The notes under the pieces: generated by a model
The model's input: only the letters and a program-made list of their open reading frames with translations
Databases searched by the model: none
What the model was told of the DNA's origin: nothing
Assembly: GCA_030750765.1 (NCBI GenBank)
Contig: JASMHM010000002.1
Coordinates: 21,772 to 85,771, forward strand
Direction: 5' to 3'
DNA: 64,000 nucleotides
Source: Candidatus Woesearchaeota archaeon
GTDB lineage: Archaea > Nanobdellota > Nanobdellia > Woesearchaeales > ARS49
Part shown: in pieces, positions 19,331 through 28,557 of the stretch
Numbering within the stretch: position 1 is the stretch's first letter
Layout: each line of letters opens with the position of its first letter
Translations under genes and position numbers: made by a program

Positions 19331-19388
19331 ATTATATAAAATTCAACAATTATATAATTATTATAAAGTTTAAAGCATAATTATATAA
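19331..19388. promoter_or_regulatory. ATTATATAA repeat array 2
   Basis: TTATATAA at 19332, 19350 and 19381. Confidence 0.55.
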
Positions 19389-19435
19389 TCTTAATATGGT
19401 GCATACTTGTTATCAACACCAAGGGGGTTAGAACC

Positions 19436-19561
19436 ATGAACGAAGAAGAATGGATGGACGACACCGTATGGGAGAACGACATGGATGAAGGGTCGCTATG
19501 GGAAGAGGCCTTCATGCAGGGCGTACGCGAAGCCGAAGAAGAAGGCTTTGGGGGGGCATGA
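19436..19561 (+). CDS. Acidic Trp-containing microprotein A2 (41 aa)
   Basis: MNEEEWMDDTVWENDMDEGSLWEEAFMQGVREAEEEGFGGA; GGGGGT SD upstream. Confidence 0.7.
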   Translation: MNEEEWMDDTVWENDMDEGSLWEEAFMQGVREAEEEGFGGA

Positions 19562-19563
19562 AC

Positions 19564-19674
19564 ATGGATGACATACCCTTTATTGTTACAGACATTGAGG
19601 ATGTACGCGCTTTCCTCATGAACGAGGCACTTGACAGAAAGCGTCGCACCAAATACCAACAACACCTAGACTAG
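19564..19674 (+). CDS. Microprotein B2 (36 aa; alternative in-frame start 19558)
   Basis: MDDIPFIVTDIEDVRAFLMNEALDRKRRTKYQQHLD; G-rich SD and ATGA coupling to A2. Confidence 0.75.
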   Translation: MDDIPFIVTDIEDVRAFLMNEALDRKRRTKYQQHLD

Positions 19675-20349
19675 GTCGGCCAGCCTGCCAAACGGTAGCA
19701 CTTGTTTGTCTACCACGAACACTTCTGTTTTGGCGGGCACGGCTAGATCTGGAGGGTTGTTGATGACATCTGAACCTTCCTTAAGTGTATTGAAAGAGGG
19801 TTGTACAATAATCGTGGATTTTCCTTGCGTGATCTTAAGAAAGCATTTGTACAGTTCACTCTTTCTATCTTCACGAAGACGCACCGCAGGATGGTAGTGT
19901 CCGATGATCAGCACCTTAGGCAGTGGGTCTGGAAGCGTGTCTCCGTGCATGATCGTCATACCTCCTGCGTTGTAGGATGTGACTAAGGAGAGATTGCGAT
20001 CTTTGGCAATCGGGTCAAGAACGGTGTCATGATTGCCTTTCACGACCACAAGCTTTGCTTTTTGTTGGATATAATCAATAAGTTTTTTCACGTTTCTCCA
20101 TTCTTGTGGTCCTATGCTGCCGAACTGGTCCTTGATGTCCCCATTAAGCACGACGGTGGTGGGCTTGGCCACGTCCATTATTGTTTGTAGCCGGTCAAGC
20201 ACCTCTGTAAAAGGGCGTTTGGGTACGAGCACGCCCTGCTTGTTGAGACTTTCCTCTAGCCCAATATGGACGTCAGAGATGACTAATGTTTTTGACGCTT
20301 CAATGTAGCAAGCTACGTCAACAGCCACCACACCCTCGCATAGTTTCAT
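19666..20349 (-). CDS. Calcineurin-like metallophosphoesterase (SbcD/Mre11-related, Lhr-associated MPE type)
   Basis: ISDVHIG, NGDIKD, GNHD, HGD, GHYHPAV, PSFN; start MKLCEG. Confidence 0.85.
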   Translation of the reverse strand: MKLCEGVVAVDVACYIEASKTLVISDVHIGLEESLNKQGVLVPKRPFTEVLDRLQTIMDVAKPTTVVLNGDIKDQFGSIGPQEWRNVKKLIDYIQQKAKLVVVKGNHDTVLDPIAKDRNLSLVTSYNAGGMTIMHGDTLPDPLPKVLIIGHYHPAVRLREDRKSELYKCFLKITQGKSTIIVQPSFNTLKEGSDVINNPPDLAVPAKTEVFVVDKQVLPFGRLADLV

Positions 20350-20424
20350 GGTGGTGAAATCTATCTTGAGTACAAAAAGATATCCTATAGGGAACTTTAT
20401 AAGTCGCGTTCTACTGTGCAATCC

Positions 20425-21219
20425 ATGGATCTTGAGGGTGCTCTCATTTTTGGAATGGGTGTTGTTGAAGAGGCTGGAAGAGCGATTCAAGCGGTAAGAC
20501 GATCTGGTTTTATTGAGCTTGATTACAAAGCTGACAATTCGCCTGTCACAAAAGCAGATCACCTAAGTGAGGAGATCATAAGAGATCGACTACTAGGGCG
20601 ATTTCCTGACACTGGTTTTTGCGGTGAGGAGAGAGATGCACAAAATCCTGGGGCGCCGTTCCTTTGGTATTGCGATCCTTTGTGCGGAACCTCCTCGTTC
20701 ATCAGGTACGAGAACACCATCGCCATCAGCCTGGCATTAGTTAACGAGGGTAAAACGGTGCTTGGCATAGTACACAATCCGTTTACCGGCGAGTCGTGGT
20801 ATGCTGCTGATGGTACGAGACCTGTTTACAACAAGGGGACCATGCCTTCGCAGTCTCCAGAAAAATGCTCAGAGGCAATATGTAACTATGGGGTTCCTTC
20901 AGACGACTACGATACCGTACGTAAGCTCATGGAACTGAGACATGAGGAGAAATTGGGTAAGTTAGTAAGTCCTGGAGGCTCAGCAGGCCTCGCCCTTGCC
21001 CAGGTTGCCCAGGGTGTTTACAGCATTCTCTTCGTGAACTCTGCCAAAAATGGAAAGCCGGCAGATCTTGCAGCAGGAATTTACCTCGTTGATAAGGTGG
21101 GCGGTATTACAACTCAGACAGATGGTAGCGACTTTGATATTTTTGGTGGCCCAACAACGGTGCTGTCTGTTAACAATCGTAAACTCCATGAGGATGCGCT
21201 GAACGTATTGTGTGGGTAG
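20425..21219 (+). CDS. Inositol monophosphatase family protein
   Basis: SPVTKAD, GEE, W.CDPLCGT, DLAAG. Confidence 0.85.
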   Translation: MDLEGALIFGMGVVEEAGRAIQAVRRSGFIELDYKADNSPVTKADHLSEEIIRDRLLGRFPDTGFCGEERDAQNPGAPFLWYCDPLCGTSSFIRYENTIAISLALVNEGKTVLGIVHNPFTGESWYAADGTRPVYNKGTMPSQSPEKCSEAICNYGVPSDDYDTVRKLMELRHEEKLGKLVSPGGSAGLALAQVAQGVYSILFVNSAKNGKPADLAAGIYLVDKVGGITTQTDGSDFDIFGGPTTVLSVNNRKLHEDALNVLCG

Positions 21220-21272
21220 CACGAAAGCTTTTTATACTCGTATTCGGGCGTTTTACAAAAGAGGTGATGCGC

Positions 21273-21488
21273 ATGGCAAAACGAGGATTATCCTGTACTT
21301 GCAACGCACCAAAACTGGCAGCAGGAGTGCTGTCTGTAGCGGTGGGCATATACTTGATAGTGCTAGGTTGGGCAACGCAAGGACTAGGCCAAACGTTCTG
21401 GAGTGTATTGTGGTATTTCTTAGGAGTGTTTGCTATAACGCTAGGAAATGCTATTAAGAGCAAGGCCCTAGTGTGCGAGATCCATTGA
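21273..21488 (+). CDS. Small two-TM protein with terminal CxC and CxxH
   Basis: GAGGTGA SD; MAKRGLSCTC...VCEIH. Confidence 0.7.
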   Translation: MAKRGLSCTCNAPKLAAGVLSVAVGIYLIVLGWATQGLGQTFWSVLWYFLGVFAITLGNAIKSKALVCEIH

Positions 21489-21499
21489 ACAAGCAATTA

Positions 21500-22135
21500 A
21501 TGTCCTACTTCGAGAACCTACGAGGGGTTCTCCAACAGCAAGGATATGATCAAACAGACATAGACCAAGCCTCAGTCAAAGAGAGCGTTCCCTTACTACT
21601 TGTGGTTAGCTGGGGATTGAGCGCAGCCTACTTCTTCCTTACGCTTACCTTCATCCTGCTTTCCTTGTTAGGGGGCGGAATGATTGCATGGATGGTGTTG
21701 ATCGTAGGAGCCTTCATCATTGGTTGTGTGAGTGGCTTTGGTTTAGTGCGAGCCACGACCCGACCTTGGAAGGTAGCAACCATGGCGGGGTTAGCACCCT
21801 TCTTATCCATGATCTTGCTTCCGGTGATGACGTTGATGGAATTGTTGCTCGAGAAGGTGAGGTTAGCCTTAGAACCCTTTGCATCTGCAGGAGGGAAGGC
21901 GGCAGCAGGCCTTACGTCCATCTCTTTCCTTCCTGAGGCTTTGCCAGGAAGGCTGCCTGTGGCGTTTCTCATCTTCATGTCTGCCATATTCATCCCTACA
22001 CTATTCTTAATCAAACGTAAGAAGTTCAAATCGCTAGCTTGCTTGTTTATAGGAGTCATAGTATGCTTTGTAGGATACCAAATATCGCACACTGCGTTAT
22101 TATTCGTCTTCGAGAGTATTGCAGGAAAATTCTAA
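21500..22135 (+). CDS. Hypothetical multi-pass membrane protein
   Basis: About 5 hydrophobic segments. Confidence 0.65.
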   Translation: MSYFENLRGVLQQQGYDQTDIDQASVKESVPLLLVVSWGLSAAYFFLTLTFILLSLLGGGMIAWMVLIVGAFIIGCVSGFGLVRATTRPWKVATMAGLAPFLSMILLPVMTLMELLLEKVRLALEPFASAGGKAAAGLTSISFLPEALPGRLPVAFLIFMSAIFIPTLFLIKRKKFKSLACLFIGVIVCFVGYQISHTALLFVFESIAGKF

Positions 22136-23020
22136 CTACATCTTTTCCAAGCGAGAAATCCTTTCCTCGATAGGAGGGTGGGTGGCAAACAATGCTATTG
22201 TCTTTCCTTTAGTTTTCCTGAAAGGGGTGGAGATGAACAAGTGTGCAGTGGCACGGTTAGCTCTGTCCACTAATGGGTCGGGATCGCTTTGGATCTTCTT
22301 GAGTGCGCCGCTTAACCCTGGAGGGTATCTTGTCAACGCTGCTCCTGTAGCGTCTGCTAAGTATTCTCTTTGTCTACTTATCGCGAGGCGCATCAAATGC
22401 CCGATGATGGGTGCAAGTATGGCTAGGACGATGGCAAGTATGAGGAGCGCAGGGTGTCCTTTCCTGTCTCTTCCTCCTCCAAACCAAAGACTGCGGAGGA
22501 AGAAGTCTCCTAACAAGGTAATGACACCTATCAACACCGTGGTTAGCATCATTAACCTAATGTCATAGTTCTTTATGTGTGCCATCTCGTGAGCGATAAC
22601 GCCTTCTAACTCTTGACGGTTGAGCTTGTCTAGCAATCCAGTAGTTACTGTTACGGATGAATGTTTGGGATCTTTGCCTGTTGCAAAAGCATTCAGCGCA
22701 GTATCATCGATGACGTACACCTTTGGGGTGGGTATGCCTGCAGCAACCGCTAGCCCTTCTAGGGTGTGCCATAAGTGTGGGAACTCTTTCTTGGTCACCG
22801 GTCTTGCACCGGTCATACCCAAGATCATACTCCCTCCTGTATTGAAAACGATCAAGAAGTATATAGCTCCCACTACGGTGGACATGATAACACCAAACCA
22901 GACGTTGCCATAGTACGATCCTAGAACGCTTCCTAGTAATCCTACTATGATAACAAAGAGTATGACTAAGACGACGGATTTGATGTTGTTAGACCGAATT
23001 TGCTGGAATAGCGTAGCCAT
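22136..23020 (-). CDS. htpX: Membrane zinc metalloprotease HtpX (M48)
   Basis: NAFATG, HEMAH, SRQREYLAD, FATHPP. Confidence 0.93.
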   Translation of the reverse strand: MATLFQQIRSNNIKSVVLVILFVIIVGLLGSVLGSYYGNVWFGVIMSTVVGAIYFLIVFNTGGSMILGMTGARPVTKKEFPHLWHTLEGLAVAAGIPTPKVYVIDDTALNAFATGKDPKHSSVTVTTGLLDKLNRQELEGVIAHEMAHIKNYDIRLMMLTTVLIGVITLLGDFFLRSLWFGGGRDRKGHPALLILAIVLAILAPIIGHLMRLAISRQREYLADATGAALTRYPPGLSGALKKIQSDPDPLVDRANRATAHLFISTPFRKTKGKTIALFATHPPIEERISRLEKM

Positions 23021-23572
23021 TTAAAACTCAACTTTGACGTTCTTCTTTTCTGCTTCATCAACTTCAAAGGTTTCTGCTTGTTTGAAGCCCAAGCTGTTAG
23101 CAATAAGATTGTTGGGAAATACTTGTATCTTGTTGTTGAAGGTCATGACAACATCATTGTAGTGTTGTCGGGAATAGCTGATCTTGTTCTCTGTTCCGGT
23201 TAGCTCTTCTTGCAATTGTAGGAAGTTTTCGTTAGCTTTCAGTTGTGGATAGTTCTCTACCTGCACCATCAAGCTTCCTAAAGCATTGCTGAGTTTTGAG
23301 CTTGCTTGTGCTTTAGCTCCCATAGTTGCAGCCTTCATAACTGCGGTTCTTTCTTTGGTAATCTCGGTGAGCAAATTCTTTTCGTGCTTTGCATACCCTT
23401 TTACCGTGTTGATAAGGTTAGGAATCAAGTCATGGCGTCTCTTCAACTGCACGTCAATCTGTGCTAGACTGTTCTTGATCTCATTTTTTAGCCTGATAAG
23501 GCTGTTGTACAAGAAAATGACTGCTAAAATGATAATTCCAAGAATGATCGCAATCCAAATCCCTATACTCAT
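23021..23572 (-). CDS. lemA: LemA family protein
   Basis: IDVQLKRRHDLIPNL, ENYPQLKA, TENKISYSRQ.YN; adjacent to htpX. Confidence 0.95.
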   Translation of the reverse strand: MSIGIWIAIILGIIILAVIFLYNSLIRLKNEIKNSLAQIDVQLKRRHDLIPNLINTVKGYAKHEKNLLTEITKERTAVMKAATMGAKAQASSKLSNALGSLMVQVENYPQLKANENFLQLQEELTGTENKISYSRQHYNDVVMTFNNKIQVFPNNLIANSLGFKQAETFEVDEAEKKNVKVEF

Positions 23573-24138
23573 GCAGTTTCAGATTTCTTAGCTCTTTTTA
23601 AAGCTTCCTGAAAGGCAGGGCGGTCCCGTACGCCCTTAAAACTGGCGCCATTCCATGACGTGAGTCTTTCTGTCCATGCTTGGGCGCCCGGCAACTCTCG
23701 AGGTTCTTCCTGGTATCTTCCATGGGTGTGATCAACCTGCCATTTGACAGTTGTGAAAGCTAGTTCTGAGGCCAGTCTTTGGTCATCTGTGCGTAAGATA
23801 AGATCGCCATAACTCCCGAGGCAGTGGTCGCTAACCACGTTGTACGGAGTCTTGTCCCAAGGTTCTGTTCCGTGGCCATCCAAGCCTACCCTATCAAAAC
23901 AGAGCCAGGTATCATCCCAAAATAGTGCCACAGATCGCTCAAGAACTTCCAGCAAGGATGTTGTTTCCTCAGGTTCTTTATGGTGATAGTGGATAAGAAC
24001 CGTGCCTATTCTGACGGCCTTGTAAGCAGCTCCTTTTTCATTGCTTCCTCCACCCCAGATAATCTGGTGGTAAGGATTGATAACTTCCCAGTTTTTCCTT
24101 CCGATCAGGGGAATGCCACTTGTAGCTCTACTTGACAT
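23569..24138 (-). CDS. Hypothetical protein
   Basis: 189-aa ORF with ATGA overlap to lemA. Confidence 0.6.
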   Translation of the reverse strand: MSSRATSGIPLIGRKNWEVINPYHQIIWGGGSNEKGAAYKAVRIGTVLIHYHHKEPEETTSLLEVLERSVALFWDDTWLCFDRVGLDGHGTEPWDKTPYNVVSDHCLGSYGDLILRTDDQRLASELAFTTVKWQVDHTHGRYQEEPRELPGAQAWTERLTSWNGASFKGVRDRPAFQEALKRAKKSETA

Positions 24139-24180
24139 ATAGTTTACAGTAAAATAAGACTTATAAAGGTGGCCACGGTA

Positions 24181-25025
24181 TTACTTTTCAGCGTAGATCA
24201 TGCCGTGCTTCCACAATCCTTTCTGCATGGCCTCATGTCCCCATATGCCGGACATCATGTTTGCATCGTTTATCTTGTTTCTTAAACCTGCTCTTCTTAA
24301 GAGAAAGGCCAGGGGTCGGAATGCGTGGCATGTGTGCTTCAATCTTCTTAGTGACGGCTCTGCTAGTTTCGTGGTGTCATAGTGGGTGGCCATGAAACCT
24401 GTTTTTTCTGCTAGCGTGACAAACGTTTGTGGTGTTACGAGTGTGGGCATTGCCCAGGAGTCCATAAAATTTTTCATCAATGCCTTTTCTTCGTCATTTT
24501 TCGATTCTCTTCCTATGAAATAGTCTGCAGTGATCAGTCTGCCGCCTTTTTTCAGCACGCGGTATGCCTCCCTCAAAAACTGTTCCTTGTCTTGCGCGTG
24601 CGGGATGCTTTCTTGTGCCCAAACAACGTCAAAATAGTTGTCAGGAAACCTTGTTTCTGTGTAGTCGCGAATAGAAAATTCCACCAATCCCCTTTGGTCT
24701 CTTGTTAATGCTAATTTTTTTGCGTGATCTATCTGTTTTGGGCTTATGGATATGGCGCTGACTTTTGTTCCTAACGTTTCCGCTAGCCAGAATGACGTTC
24801 CGCCCACGCCGCATCCTGCGTCCAAAATGACGTCTTTTTCGCTGACTTGGCCAAGACACGGACCATCTCTTTGTTTTGCTCCATTAATGATTCAGCGTGC
24901 GTTTTTGTTGTTGGTTGCCAGAATCCTAGATGGGTTCCGAGGCTTTTCTTGTCGCGCCATAGACAGTTGTACGCAATCTCGCAATATCTGTAGTAGTCTA
25001 CAACGTTGGCCGCATTCTTGTCCAT
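24181..25025 (-). pseudogene. Frameshifted sterol/tocopherol C-methyltransferase-like SAM methyltransferase
   Basis: N-half (VVDYY..LW..HLGFW) and C-half (LDAGCGVGG, ES.PH, RVLKKGG) join if a GT duplication at about 24856-24859 is removed, giving EMVRLGQVSEKDVILDAGCG. Confidence 0.8.
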
Positions 25026-25064
25026 TCTTCAGCCTACGATGTTAGTCTGGTTATAAGCGTTGTC

Positions 25065-25565
25065 TTACTTCAACGTGTCAGCTAAGCTTGCGCTCATGCT
25101 TGCTGGAAACGTAACAATTACTGTTCGTTTGAAGGCTAGTAATGCATTCGTTTCCCACGGTGCTTGCTGGATTAAGAAGAGTATCAATCCAACAACGCAA
25201 AAAGATAATACATACGTTAGGATGGTTCGTTTGAGGAACTCATCAAAGTAATGCTTTATCCTGTTTTGTTCTTTGTAGTAATGATAGAAGGCGAATACTG
25301 CCACGAAAGCTAAGGAAAGGGCTAGAATGCCGTAAATGTTGTTCATGGGGAGGGAAGCTCCTAACCTCCATGTTTCTTCTGTGAACGCTACAGGGATGGC
25401 GAGAAGGCTTGCTCCTACAACAACTTGGAAGAGGTCTTTCCAGTGGAACTCAACCATCAAGGGTTGCATGAAGTGATGGACTACTTTGCCTTTAGAATCA
25501 TGGACTGTGATTATTTCTTTTAATTTGCCACCAACCCTCAACACTTCGTGCTTTGTCTTGGCCAT
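25065..25565 (-). CDS. DUF2391 family membrane protein
   Basis: QVVVGASLLAIPVAFTEETW, FPASMSA. Confidence 0.8.
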   Translation of the reverse strand: MAKTKHEVLRVGGKLKEIITVHDSKGKVVHHFMQPLMVEFHWKDLFQVVVGASLLAIPVAFTEETWRLGASLPMNNIYGILALSLAFVAVFAFYHYYKEQNRIKHYFDEFLKRTILTYVLSFCVVGLILFLIQQAPWETNALLAFKRTVIVTFPASMSASLADTLK

Positions 25566-25601
25566 TACCGTCGAGAAAAGTTTGCGGTTATATAAGTGTT
25601 T

Positions 25602-28448
25602 CTAGTCAATAACTTCTGCCTTTTTCTTCATGACAAACTTGATTAACCTGTCAGGGTACGCTTTTGGGATGGTGCCTTCTACGAGTTCGTTAAGATAGCC
25701 TACGAACTCGTTGTTGAACTTTTCTTCTCCATCTATCAATCTTAAGAATTCGTCTGCATACATTCTTGGCAGGCGTAGCTTTCTTGCTACCTCCATGGCG
25801 TCATGTCTTAACTCGTCTTGTGCTGAAAGCTTTTCTTCAACAACTTCTTCCTCTTGTTCTTTCCAATAGTTTTGGTAGTCAAACTCGTGGTCTTCTTGGC
25901 CTATCTTTGCTAGCACTAATTTGTGCATTCTGCGTAGGAATTCGTGCTTGTCCTCGATTTTTAGTACATCTAAATGTCCTTGTAGTGCTAGACTGAAGGC
26001 GAAAGGGCTGGGAGGGTTGGTGTGTATTTCTTTCACCAATATCTTGTTATCTCTGACTCCTTGTAGCACGTTCATGGTGTTTTTGATGTCCATGACGTCT
26101 TCTAGGCATTCTCGTTTGGCTTCTTGGAGGATGCAGAAGTCACGGTCTAGTCTTTCTAGTGCCTTCATGAGTATCATGCTGCTCACTTGTTGTCTGCCAA
26201 CACGCTTTTGTCTTCCTTTGTAGTTTCTTAAAATCATTAAGGCGCGTCCTGCACAGTGTCGGAACCTTCTTTTGTACAATTCTGATCGTTCTATTGCTAG
26301 ATCCATAACTTTTTGGAGTTTGTCTGGTCGTAGGATCTTGAAGGCTTCTTTTGCTTTGACGCGCTTTCCACTGATATAGAAGCCGTTGTCTGATATTCCT
26401 AGTTCTACGTCTCTTTTGTCTTTTTGTGCTAGAACAAACGCTATAGCTCTGCTCAAACAATCATTGACTCTTCTTCCGAAGAGGGAGTGGAAGACGGTTT
26501 TACCGTCTTGCGGGTTCTGTTCTATGATTATGAGCTTGTCATTGCCTAACACTTTGCAATAGTCGTACTGTTCTCGTAAGTAACTATATAGTGCGAGTGC
26601 GGTTGTCTCATCCACTTCTAGGTATTCTCGTATCCATTTGAGGATTTCTTTTTGTGGCTTGTTGTGGAGCATTCTTTCAAACACAAACCTTCTGAACTGT
26701 CCTATATCGGTTGCTAGATCAAAACTTAGCGGGAGCATTTCTGAGAACCATGATGGCACGGTGGGCATTCTTGACACTGCAGATTTGACTTGGGCTACCA
26801 TCCCTCTGCTGAACCTGAACTCGTACGGATCGCCACCTAGCAAGAAGATGTCGCCTTGCTTCAGGTTTTCTACGAACGCCTCATCTAACGTTCCTACAAT
26901 GTCTTCGCGTATTTTGACGGTGATGTGGCTTTGGTCTGGAATAGTACCAATGTTGGTCATGTAGATGACGCGGCTCATGCCGCCGCTTTTTCCTATTCGT
27001 CCTTTCTCTCTCCATAACCTTGCGAAGATGTTTCTGTCTTGTAAGGGTGCGAATTTGCCAGCAAGATAGTCTGCTATTTGTTCGAACTGTGAGCGTTTGA
27101 GATCGTGATAGCAGTAACTCTTCTTGATGAGCTTGTACATGTCGTTCTCATCCCAGTTTTGTTCTAAGGCCATGCCTAAAACATGTTGTGCTAAAACATC
27201 TAGTGCCATTGTGGGGATGTGTAAGCGATCTATCTTTCCTTCTCGTGCGTTTCTGACCAAGCATGCGCATTCTACTAAGTCGTCTCTGTCTAGCACGATG
27301 ATTTTTGCTTTGATGGTTTGGTGAAGTTTGTGGCCTGCACGTCCTGCTCGTTGTAGGAATCTGGCAACACTCTTCGGACTGCCTAGACATATTACTAAAT
27401 CAACAAAGCCGATGTCGATGCCGAGTTCTAAGCTGGTGGAACTGACGCAGGCTTTGAGTTCTCCCTTTCTTAATTGGTTTTCAATCTTTAATCTGGTGGC
27501 TTTGCTCATGCTGCCGTGATGCGCACCGATGTTGTTGACGTACTTTTTTGGGTGGGTGGTTTTTAGATGGTCAACAACTCTTTCTGTCGCAGCTCGCGTG
27601 TTGGTGAAGATGATGGTTGTCCGATGTTTTTGTATCAAGCTATCAATTTTTTTGTACATGGTTGTTTGTAGTTTTCTGTGTGAGGCGTCTATGAGGTTCG
27701 GTACTGGGCACACAACTTCTAGGTCAAGATCTTTGGTGAAGTGTACCTTGACGATCTTACAGTCTCTCTTGCCTACTAGGAATCGCGCTATCTCTTCTAT
27801 GGGTGCTACGGTGGCTGACAATCCTACTCGGGACATGCTGGTTGCTAGGCGGTTTAGTCTTTCTAAGGATAATGATAGATGTACGCCGCGTTTGTTCTCT
27901 GCTAGTGCGTGGACTTCGTCCACGATGCACCATTGCACGTCGTGCAGGTGATCTCGGAACTTCATGCTGGAAAGTACGATGCCTAGACTTTCTGGTGTTG
28001 TTATGAGGATGTGTGGTGGCTTTTTCAGCATCTTTGCCTTTTCTGATGCGGTAGTATCGCCGGTGCGTACGGCTACGCGTACTTGGCTTGCCTTTTCGCT
28101 GATCTTGATCATTTCCTTTAGTGGTTCTAGCAGGTTGACCGCGATATCGTTATTTAGCGCTTTCAAGGGTGAGATGTAGACTGCGTACACCTTGTCTTCG
28201 AGGATTCCTTTCTCTGCACTGTCTACCAACTCGTTAAGTATTGCTAGGAATGCTGTTAACGTTTTGGTACTCCCGGTTGGGGCGCTTACTAATAGGTTCT
28301 CTCTACCGTGGATAAGCTTGACACCATATCTTTGGGGTAAGGAGAAGGAAGGAAACTTATTTTTGAACCATTTCTTAACTGTAGGGGTGAGCACGCGAGC
28401 TACGTCTGTCTGGCTGCTAGGTTTTTCCACATACGAAAGCGTTCCCAC
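25602..28448 (-). CDS. lhr: ATP-dependent helicase Lhr (Lhr-core)
   Basis: ISPLKALNND, ITTPES, DEVH, GLSAT, HHGS, LELGIDIG, QRAGRAGH, NIGTIPD. Confidence 0.93.
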   Translation of the reverse strand: MGTLSYVEKPSSQTDVARVLTPTVKKWFKNKFPSFSLPQRYGVKLIHGRENLLVSAPTGSTKTLTAFLAILNELVDSAEKGILEDKVYAVYISPLKALNNDIAVNLLEPLKEMIKISEKASQVRVAVRTGDTTASEKAKMLKKPPHILITTPESLGIVLSSMKFRDHLHDVQWCIVDEVHALAENKRGVHLSLSLERLNRLATSMSRVGLSATVAPIEEIARFLVGKRDCKIVKVHFTKDLDLEVVCPVPNLIDASHRKLQTTMYKKIDSLIQKHRTTIIFTNTRAATERVVDHLKTTHPKKYVNNIGAHHGSMSKATRLKIENQLRKGELKACVSSTSLELGIDIGFVDLVICLGSPKSVARFLQRAGRAGHKLHQTIKAKIIVLDRDDLVECACLVRNAREGKIDRLHIPTMALDVLAQHVLGMALEQNWDENDMYKLIKKSYCYHDLKRSQFEQIADYLAGKFAPLQDRNIFARLWREKGRIGKSGGMSRVIYMTNIGTIPDQSHITVKIREDIVGTLDEAFVENLKQGDIFLLGGDPYEFRFSRGMVAQVKSAVSRMPTVPSWFSEMLPLSFDLATDIGQFRRFVFERMLHNKPQKEILKWIREYLEVDETTALALYSYLREQYDYCKVLGNDKLIIIEQNPQDGKTVFHSLFGRRVNDCLSRAIAFVLAQKDKRDVELGISDNGFYISGKRVKAKEAFKILRPDKLQKVMDLAIERSELYKRRFRHCAGRALMILRNYKGRQKRVGRQQVSSMILMKALERLDRDFCILQEAKRECLEDVMDIKNTMNVLQGVRDNKILVKEIHTNPPSPFAFSLALQGHLDVLKIEDKHEFLRRMHKLVLAKIGQEDHEFDYQNYWKEQEEEVVEEKLSAQDELRHDAMEVARKLRLPRMYADEFLRLIDGEEKFNNEFVGYLNELVEGTIPKAYPDRLIKFVMKKKAEVID

Positions 28449-28557
28449 TACGGTCTAATGCATGATTTCATCGTATAAAAGGATATGGTTAGTACTATCA
28501 AGGATTGGTGTTGGCGCATCGAAAATGTTAAATAGAGGTTGTTATTTTCTAGTAGTT

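Noticed and set aside
18900-19390. Replication origin in the AT-rich repeat region
   Set aside because: No cdc6/orc1 nearby and no G-string ORB-like repeats; the region is explained by microprotein genes and their promoters.
18939-19665. Minus-strand ORFs listed in the track (94, 84 and 94 aa)
   Set aside because: They are antisense to the + strand microproteins, which have SD motifs and paralogue-level conservation.
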